Of a stretch of 64,000 bases of DNA, positions 58,434-64,000 are shown piece by piece. This stretch comes from an uncultured virus (IMG/VR IMGVR_UViG_3300024319_000691) (taxonomy: Duplodnaviria > Heunggongvirae > Uroviricota > Caudoviricetes). The translations under genes were made by a program, and so were the position numbers. The number at the start of each line of letters is the position of its first letter. Within the stretch, counting starts at the first letter, position 1. The notes beneath the pieces are model-generated. The model made no database searches and was not told where the DNA came from. It worked only from the letters and a program-made list of their open reading frames with translations. The stretch lies in IMG/VR virus record IMGVR_UViG_3300024319_000691; one strand, given 5' to 3'.

Positions 58434-58932
58434 ATCTAAAAACAGATTAGAACTCTTAGACGTAATTCAAGAAGGAATTACGGTCGAAGATACGACTCTA
58501 TCTGTTGAAAAGATTAAGCAATTAGCCTATCCTAGCCTTTTAGAAAAGGTAAGTGGATGGGTTACTGAAAAGAAAGGTTTTAGCGGAGGTCTTGCAAAAG
58601 AGAAAGCTAAAACAATGATTAAATTTGATAGTAGTAAAACAACGGGTGCAAGAAGCATGCATTTTATGGGAACTACTAACAAGCCCACTCTCACCGTAGA
58701 GAGTGCTGGAATTAAGGTTGCTATAGAATTTATTAAAGGAGATAGAGGCTCAGATTTAAGAGAAGCCATCGGACAATCGATGATATACTCAACAGCGTAT
58801 GATTTTGTAATGTGTGTATTTTTAGATTCAACTGATGATAAAAGAATTAAAGGAGGATCTTCTTCAATCACAGAACATTATTTTTTAAACAACCTTTGGG
58901 ATAATTTTAACGTAAAGTTTACATTAGTATAA
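58417..58932 (+). CDS. PD-(D/E)XK-fold protein with degenerate active site
   Basis: KPTL...VAIEFIKG...LREAIGQSMIYS. Confidence 0.45.
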   Translation: MKLASKSKNRLELLDVIQEGITVEDTTLSVEKIKQLAYPSLLEKVSGWVTEKKGFSGGLAKEKAKTMIKFDSSKTTGARSMHFMGTTNKPTLTVESAGIKVAIEFIKGDRGSDLREAIGQSMIYSTAYDFVMCVFLDSTDDKRIKGGSSSITEHYFLNNLWDNFNVKFTLV

Positions 58933-58942
58933 CAAACCATAT

Positions 58943-59473
58943 ATGCAAATATTCGTAACATCAAACCAACAGTTTGGGAGACCTGGGGCTATCAAGAAGT
59001 ATGATAGGCCCTTTTCTTCGCTAGAAGAAATGAATGAAACATTAATAGAAAACTGGAACCTTACAGTTTCACCCGAAGATGTAGTATATGTTTTAGGTAA
59101 TTTTGGATGGGATCCGACCACCGTAGAGAACTGTATTAATACATTAAATGGCCATATATATTTTATAGAAGGAGAATTTGATAAAGCGACTGTTGACGTT
59201 TCTATGCTTCCTAACGCAGATAAGAAGATGGAAGAAATAGGACAAATAGACTTTTTACCAGAAATGGACGCATGTATGTCTTATTGGCCTCTTTCAATTT
59301 GGCCTGGTAAATACTTATTAAGCGGTCATCCTTCTAAGAAAATTAAAACAAGTCCTTCTAAAAAGATAATTAACGTATCATGTGACCAATGGTCTTATAA
59401 ACCAGTTAACATAAAATCACTGATAGGGTTGTTCGAGGAAAATAATTTGAAAAAAAGTGAAAATAAACAGTAA
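58943..59473 (+). CDS. calcineurin-like metallophosphoesterase homolog with substituted metal ligands
   Basis: FVTSNQQFG, MNETLIENWN, VYVLGNF, IEGEFD, LSGH, INVSCDQWSYKPV. Confidence 0.7.
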   Translation: MQIFVTSNQQFGRPGAIKKYDRPFSSLEEMNETLIENWNLTVSPEDVVYVLGNFGWDPTTVENCINTLNGHIYFIEGEFDKATVDVSMLPNADKKMEEIGQIDFLPEMDACMSYWPLSIWPGKYLLSGHPSKKIKTSPSKKIINVSCDQWSYKPVNIKSLIGLFEENNLKKSENKQ

Positions 59474-59477
59474 AAAG

Positions 59478-59509
59478 TTTTTTTATCTCAGATATTTTGC
59501 TTATATTAG
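59478..59509 (+). promoter_or_regulatory. class 1 (early) promoter repeat, copy 5, upstream of the ECF sigma
   Basis: TTTTTTTATCTCAGATATTTTGCTTATATTAG. Confidence 0.7.
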
Positions 59510-59543
59510 TATAGTAATTAATTAAAAACCAAAAATATAACGT

Positions 59544-60143
59544 ATGGCTACCTACAAACAACTAACTCAAAACTTTCTAGAAACAGGATCAGATCAAGAC
59601 TTCGCAGCTCTTTACAACAAGATAAAGCCAGGTCTAACTTCGTACATTTACAAAATAGTTAAAGATCGTGAAATGGCAGAAGACATTGCAGTAAACACAT
59701 TAACTAAGATGTGGACCAAAATAGAACAATATAACCCAAGTTACGGAATTACTACTTGGTTATATAGAATCGCATTTAACGACTCTTTAGGTTATATTAA
59801 AAAAAGAAATCAAACTACGTCTTTGAGTAAATTATCAGAATATGGTGTAGAAGTAAGTGGCACTGGATCAGTTTCAAATACTCTAAAAGATTTAGTCTTA
59901 GATCATGAAGAAAAAACTGAACAAGATTATCTAGAAGAAGATGACGCTCTTCAAGACAAATACATTAAAACTCTAGAAGCTATGCAAAATCTAAAAGAAA
60001 TGTATAGAGATATTCTAGTAGACAGAATGGTAAATCATATGAAATATGACCAACTAGCAACTAAATATAAACTTCCACTGCAGACTATTAAAAATAGAAT
60101 TCGTAGAGGTAAAGCTTTAATCGTTGAAGCTGTAGAAAAATAA
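59544..60143 (+). CDS. ECF-type RNA polymerase sigma factor
   Basis: Region 2 AEDIAVNTLTKMW...TTWLYRIAFN; region 4 MKYDQLA.....QTIKNRIRRGK. Confidence 0.88.
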   Translation: MATYKQLTQNFLETGSDQDFAALYNKIKPGLTSYIYKIVKDREMAEDIAVNTLTKMWTKIEQYNPSYGITTWLYRIAFNDSLGYIKKRNQTTSLSKLSEYGVEVSGTGSVSNTLKDLVLDHEEKTEQDYLEEDDALQDKYIKTLEAMQNLKEMYRDILVDRMVNHMKYDQLATKYKLPLQTIKNRIRRGKALIVEAVEK

Positions 60144-60238
60144 ATATGAAAGGAAGCACAACATGCAAGAAGGAAAGAAGAATGACCCAGAGTTTGTGTT
60201 CTGTTATTGGGACGAATTTAAACCTAACGTAGAAAAAG

Positions 60239-60451
60239 ATGATAGTAGTAGTTTACAAGAAGAGCAAGACGGCAAAGAAATTATACATGACGGTATTCGA
60301 AAACGAAGCAACACCGGACAGGATAATAAATGCGAAAGCAAGAAAGCCTCTGATTCCGAATGAATATGAAATCGTAGAGTTAGGAATGGGATCAAGTTTT
60401 ATTAAGTGGTATAAAGATAAGCATAAAATTAAAAAACATGAATTGGCGTAA
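60239..60451 (+). CDS. hypothetical protein
   Basis: 70-aa ORF MIVVVYKK... Confidence 0.55.
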   Translation: MIVVVYKKSKTAKKLYMTVFENEATPDRIINAKARKPLIPNEYEIVELGMGSSFIKWYKDKHKIKKHELA

Positions 60452-60578
60452 TCAAATTGACGAATGGGACGAAGAATTTTACGAAGATCGTCCTAGGAAG
60501 GGTAAATTGCCTAAAATGAAAGACGTTGAAAAATCGCTAGCAAGCAAAAAAAGAAAAGATATTGAAAATAAACAGTAA
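60438..60578 (+). CDS. 46-aa hypothetical protein (not in ORF track)
   Basis: MNWRNQIDEWDEEFYEDRPRKGK... Confidence 0.45.
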   Translation: MNWRNQIDEWDEEFYEDRPRKGKLPKMKDVEKSLASKKRKDIENKQ

Positions 60579-60582
60579 AAAG

Positions 60583-60614
60583 TTTTTTTATCTCAGAAAT
60601 TTTGCTTATATTAG
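60583..60614 (+). promoter_or_regulatory. class 1 (early) promoter repeat, copy 6
   Basis: TTTTTTTATCTCAGAAATTTTGCTTATATTAG. Confidence 0.7.
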
Positions 60615-60637
60615 ATAAGTAATTAATTAAACAAGTA

Positions 60638-61195
60638 ATGAATCATCAAGAAACATCAATAGAAAAATTAGAATCAGCTCCTCAAAGTACAACTGAGAAA
60701 GCAATCGATACTCTATTTTCTGTACTATGTTCTTCTTCTAAAAAAAGCAAGAAGATAGTTTACGTGGATATGGATGGCGTCTTAGTAGATTTACATGCAA
60801 AACTCAGAGAATATCCTGAAGACGTTGTAAAATCTCTAGGAAACGATATTGATAAATTACCTGCTCTTTTCCTCGATCCTCCTCCAATGGAAGGTGCGAT
60901 TGAAGCCTTTAACATTCTTTGTTCTTTATTCGATGTGTATATTCTATCAACTGCACCTTGGGATAATCCTGAAGCTTTAATGCACAAAAGACTATGGGTT
61001 GAAAAGCATCTAGGAAAAAATGCATATAAAAGATTAATTCTTTCTCACAACAAACATTTAAATGTTGGAGACTTTTTAATCGATGATAGAACTGCAAACG
61101 GAGCTGGTCAATTTACAGGAGAACATATTCATTTTGGAACAGAAAAATGGCCAGATTGGAAGGCTACTTTAGACTATCTTATACCTCACGCTTAA
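60638..61195 (+). CDS. 5'(3')-deoxyribonucleotidase (HAD, NT5C-like)
   Basis: YVDMDGVLVD, LSTAPW, KRLWVEKH, LIDDR. Confidence 0.85.
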   Translation: MNHQETSIEKLESAPQSTTEKAIDTLFSVLCSSSKKSKKIVYVDMDGVLVDLHAKLREYPEDVVKSLGNDIDKLPALFLDPPPMEGAIEAFNILCSLFDVYILSTAPWDNPEALMHKRLWVEKHLGKNAYKRLILSHNKHLNVGDFLIDDRTANGAGQFTGEHIHFGTEKWPDWKATLDYLIPHA

Positions 61196-61556
61196 ATATA
61201 AGCTTAATCCAGTTATATCTTTTTCTGGATTCTAAGTATTTATAATTCTTTTCATTGGCATACGCTTCTCTTTCAAATGAGATGTTACGGTATGCTCCGG
61301 TTCCATAGATGAACAATTTTATAAACCATTCAGTAACATATAGAATATAGAAAGGAATCACTAAAAGTTCTTCCTGCTGCTTTATATGTATAGATTCATG
61401 ATTAATAATCCTCTTCGCTCTTCCTCTCCACCATTTACCAGAATCATACTTTTCTCTTAGAACGATAAAGGGCCAAAGGGTAATTCCTCCAATTGACATA
61501 AACCAGCTTACTGCGTTTAAAAATCTGTCACTATATTTAATAATCGGTGTTTTCAT
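61179..61556 (-). CDS. HExxH putative zinc metallopeptidase-like membrane protein
   Basis: NHESIHIKQQ, ISFEREAY; likely start MKTPIIK at 61556. Confidence 0.65.
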   Translation of the reverse strand: MKTPIIKYSDRFLNAVSWFMSIGGITLWPFIVLREKYDSGKWWRGRAKRIINHESIHIKQQEELLVIPFYILYVTEWFIKLFIYGTGAYRNISFEREAYANEKNYKYLESRKRYNWIKLIFKREV

Positions 61557-61559
61557 ATA

Positions 61560-61577
61560 GTATATATCAGATATATA
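61560..61577. promoter_or_regulatory. back-to-back divergent class 3 (late) motifs
   Basis: gTATATATCaGATATATA = GATATATA on each strand, between divergent genes. Confidence 0.55.
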
Positions 61578-61647
61578 ACCTAAGCCCACGTCAGAACGCT
61601 GACATTTAACTTCTTGGGCAGAAATCTATTAAACACTTTTTTTACAA

Positions 61648-62925
61648 ATGCTGAAATACTCAATGATAGCCTTTCTGGGGCTTTTCCTAGTTACTAGCGC
61701 CTATGCGCAAACCTGTGATTTAACACTCATAAGTCAAACACCACCTGCCACAACAGAAGATGACCATTCTTTTGTAATTGAATTTGTTAATGCAGAAAAT
61801 TGTGGATGTAATGAATTTACTCAATACGATGGAAATACTTGCGATGGCAATGGGTCTAGTTCCGTAAATAATAATGAAAATGTATCTCATCTTGTTTTTG
61901 GTATTCATTATGTAAATGAAATCACTGGAGAAGACTTAGGAGAAAACACAGATTGTACTTCTACAACATTTCATCCAGGTTGGTCATATACTAATGTTAC
62001 AAATTGGGGTGGTTGGGAAACTGGCGATGTTGTTACTATTAATATAAATCCACCATTTGCTTGGGAATGTATTTTAGCCACACCTCTTGAGGGATATTGT
62101 TGGGAAGTAGTAATATGGCAGATTAATCTTTCTCAAACTGCGGGTTATGATGATTTTCCAGATAACGGATGGACTGTTGGTAATAGTTTTAATCAAACGC
62201 AAACATATCCTGATATTAATATAGATGATAATAGAATAGCTGTTTGTTATGATCCTTGTGTACCTGACACTATAATCGAATACATTACTGATACGATTTA
62301 TATAGAAACTATTGATACTCTTTATGTAACTGATACTATTATTGAATATGTAGACAATTTTATTACTGATACTCTTTATGTAGAAACCATTGACACAGTA
62401 TATGTTGATGTTGAAGTTTTCGTTGAGGTTTTTATCACCGATACTATTACTGAAATTGAGTACATTACAGAATATGTTACTGACACTCTTTTTATTACAA
62501 CTGTCGATACAGTTGAAGTTATTGTATATGAATTCTTAACAGATACGGTTTATGAGTATATTTCTATTGATTGTGAAACTGGATTAGAATGTATTGATGA
62601 TCCTGGATTAACTTGCCCAGATTGGACTTCAGTTTATCTTCCAAATACATTTACACCAAATAATGATGGTTTAAATGATACATGGCAAATGGTTTATGAT
62701 TTAGAATGTTGGGTCGATGTAGAATTTAAAATATTTAATAGATGGGGTGACATGATCTATTCAGGTATGGGTGATTATTACGATTCATATCCTTATTGGG
62801 ATGGAAGTGTAAATGGTGGTAATCACTATGCATCTGATGGCGTTTACACATATACGTTCTACGCAAGAAAATTAAACTCAACCGAAATCTTTCAAAGACA
62901 CGGACATATAACAATATTTAGATAA
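61648..62925 (+). CDS. secreted protein with T9SS type-B (gliding-motility-associated) C-terminal domain
   Basis: Signal peptide ...SAYA/Q; D/T/E/I/Y-rich repeats; YLPNTFTPNNDGLNDTW...IFNRWGDMIY...WDG...GVYTY. Confidence 0.85.
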   Translation: MLKYSMIAFLGLFLVTSAYAQTCDLTLISQTPPATTEDDHSFVIEFVNAENCGCNEFTQYDGNTCDGNGSSSVNNNENVSHLVFGIHYVNEITGEDLGENTDCTSTTFHPGWSYTNVTNWGGWETGDVVTININPPFAWECILATPLEGYCWEVVIWQINLSQTAGYDDFPDNGWTVGNSFNQTQTYPDINIDDNRIAVCYDPCVPDTIIEYITDTIYIETIDTLYVTDTIIEYVDNFITDTLYVETIDTVYVDVEVFVEVFITDTITEIEYITEYVTDTLFITTVDTVEVIVYEFLTDTVYEYISIDCETGLECIDDPGLTCPDWTSVYLPNTFTPNNDGLNDTWQMVYDLECWVDVEFKIFNRWGDMIYSGMGDYYDSYPYWDGSVNGGNHYASDGVYTYTFYARKLNSTEIFQRHGHITIFR

Positions 62926-62926
62926 C

Positions 62927-63292
62927 ATGAAATCATTACTTATTTCCTTATTATTTCTTTTACCATTTTACACAGTAGCACAATGCAATCAACATGTTTT
63001 TTCCTCAGTCGGAGCTGAGAAATGGACTAACTTCCAATATCAAGACTGTGATGGATGGAATCATTACTTTGGTCTTCCCGCTGGAGGATATACTATAATC
63101 TTTTGTGCAGATATTGGCACCGCTTTTGTTTTAAATGGGGATGGATTTGTATTTCCTTTGGCGAATGAACACCCCAATTACGCTTCCTGTATTCAACCAG
63201 AAACTGAATGTGAAGGTGATTTTGATGGAGATGGAATAGTAGGAGCAGAGGATCTTCTTACCTTTTTATCAAACTACGGTATGTGTGAATAA
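62927..63292 (+). CDS. secreted Cys-rich protein with dockerin/EF-hand-like C-terminus
   Basis: Signal peptide ...TVA/QC; CEGDFDGDGIVGAEDLLTFLSNYG. Confidence 0.7.
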   Translation: MKSLLISLLFLLPFYTVAQCNQHVFSSVGAEKWTNFQYQDCDGWNHYFGLPAGGYTIIFCADIGTAFVLNGDGFVFPLANEHPNYASCIQPETECEGDFDGDGIVGAEDLLTFLSNYGMCE

Positions 63293-63325
63293 ATTTCATT
63301 TTTTTTGAAAATAAACAGCTAAAAG

Positions 63326-63357
63326 TTTTTTTATCTCAGAATTTTTGCTTATATTAG
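63326..63357 (+). promoter_or_regulatory. class 1 (early) promoter repeat, copy 7
   Basis: TTTTTTTATCTCAGAATTTTTGCTTATATTAG. Confidence 0.7.
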
Positions 63358-63387
63358 TAGAGTAATAATTAATAAAAGAAACAAACC

Positions 63388-63675
63388 ATGTACACAGAAC
63401 TTTCAAACAGAAACAAAGAATTACTTTTAAACGGAGCAAAAACAATAGGATCCTTTACAGAAGGATATTACTATATTGAAGAAAGCCTATATAGCGATGA
63501 AGCTAATGAGCTTTATTCTTTTTGTGAATGGATCGACAATATTATTGGAGGTGCAGGCCCTGCAAACATTGAAACTCTATGGTTAGGATTTAAATATCCT
63601 GAAGTAGATGCATTTTCTGAATCTTGTGTCTATATAAAAAAGCAGATGGACAGAATTAAAGCATACTCTATATAA
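63388..63675 (+). CDS. hypothetical protein
   Basis: ORF after class 1 promoter. Confidence 0.65.
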   Translation: MYTELSNRNKELLLNGAKTIGSFTEGYYYIEESLYSDEANELYSFCEWIDNIIGGAGPANIETLWLGFKYPEVDAFSESCVYIKKQMDRIKAYSI

Positions 63676-64000
63676 TGAAAACATATAAAATCCAAAGACA
63701 ACCTCCATTCCGAGATTTTGCGATAGTTAAAACCTTAAGTGGAACTTATGTGTGCCCTGGATGGCATCCCGTTGAACCTGGAACTACACGAGAGCAGATA
63801 ATCTTAGTAGAACCTGAAGACGCTCCAGTTATTAACAAACCTGTTAAAAAGTTAGTCACAAATCAAGTGAAACAAACTAAAACCTTTAAGGTATTATCTA
63901 GTAACGGTAAGTCATATTACAATGTTCAATTTAATGGTAAAGATTGGAGTTGTGATTGTCCCGCAAGTAATTTCTTTCGAGGTCCTTGTAAACACATTAA
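63675..64000 (+). CDS. SWIM zinc-finger protein (3'-truncated, not in ORF track)
   Basis: MKTYKIQRQ...YNVQFNGKDWSCDCPASNFFRGPCKHI (CxC...CxH). Confidence 0.7.
   Translation, partial: MKTYKIQRQPPFRDFAIVKTLSGTYVCPGWHPVEPGTTREQIILVEPEDAPVINKPVKKLVTNQVKQTKTFKVLSSNGKSYYNVQFNGKDWSCDCPASNFFRGPCKHI

Noticed and set aside
60163..60363. ORF MQEGKKNDPEF...
   Set aside because: Overlaps most of the more protein-like 60239 ORF in another frame; cannot support it independently
3961..63357. 32-bp repeat as a CRISPR array or IS ends
   Set aside because: Copies are dispersed by kilobases, same orientation and always upstream of genes; no spacer periodicity, cas gene or transposase
1..64000. Alternative genetic code (stop codon reassignment)
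   Set aside because: Core genes are full length in the standard code and end in TAA, TAG or TGA; no suppressor tRNA seen

Overview
This 64-kb window is part of an AT-rich, gene-dense, T4-like myovirus genome that uses the standard genetic code, with almost all genes on the + strand. The host is probably a Bacteroidota/Flavobacteria species. Evidence: a protein with a T9SS type-B C-terminal sorting domain, signal peptides followed by Gln, A-rich starts without Shine-Dalgarno motifs, and a promoter resembling the Bacteroidota -7 element. Content: (1) a sugar/DNA-modification neighbourhood (mgsA, cytidylyltransferase, RmlB, an early PD-(D/E)XK-like nuclease, a T4 alpha-glucosyltransferase homolog, a gp56-like dCTPase); (2) a family B DNA polymerase split into two genes 3.9 kb apart, with nrdB, nrdA and a probable clamp between them; (3) UvsX, helicase and gp47/46; (4) a T4-like head, neck and tail module; (5) two tRNAs; (6) an accessory region with RmlC, a glycosylase strikingly like animal NEIL1, two apparently degenerate enzymes, an ECF sigma factor and secreted proteins. 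Three intergenic promoter motifs (7, 12 and about 15 copies) line up with two phage sigma factors, suggesting a host sigma -> phage ECF sigma -> gp55-like sigma cascade. All family assignments come from motif recognition by eye and memory; no database searches were run.
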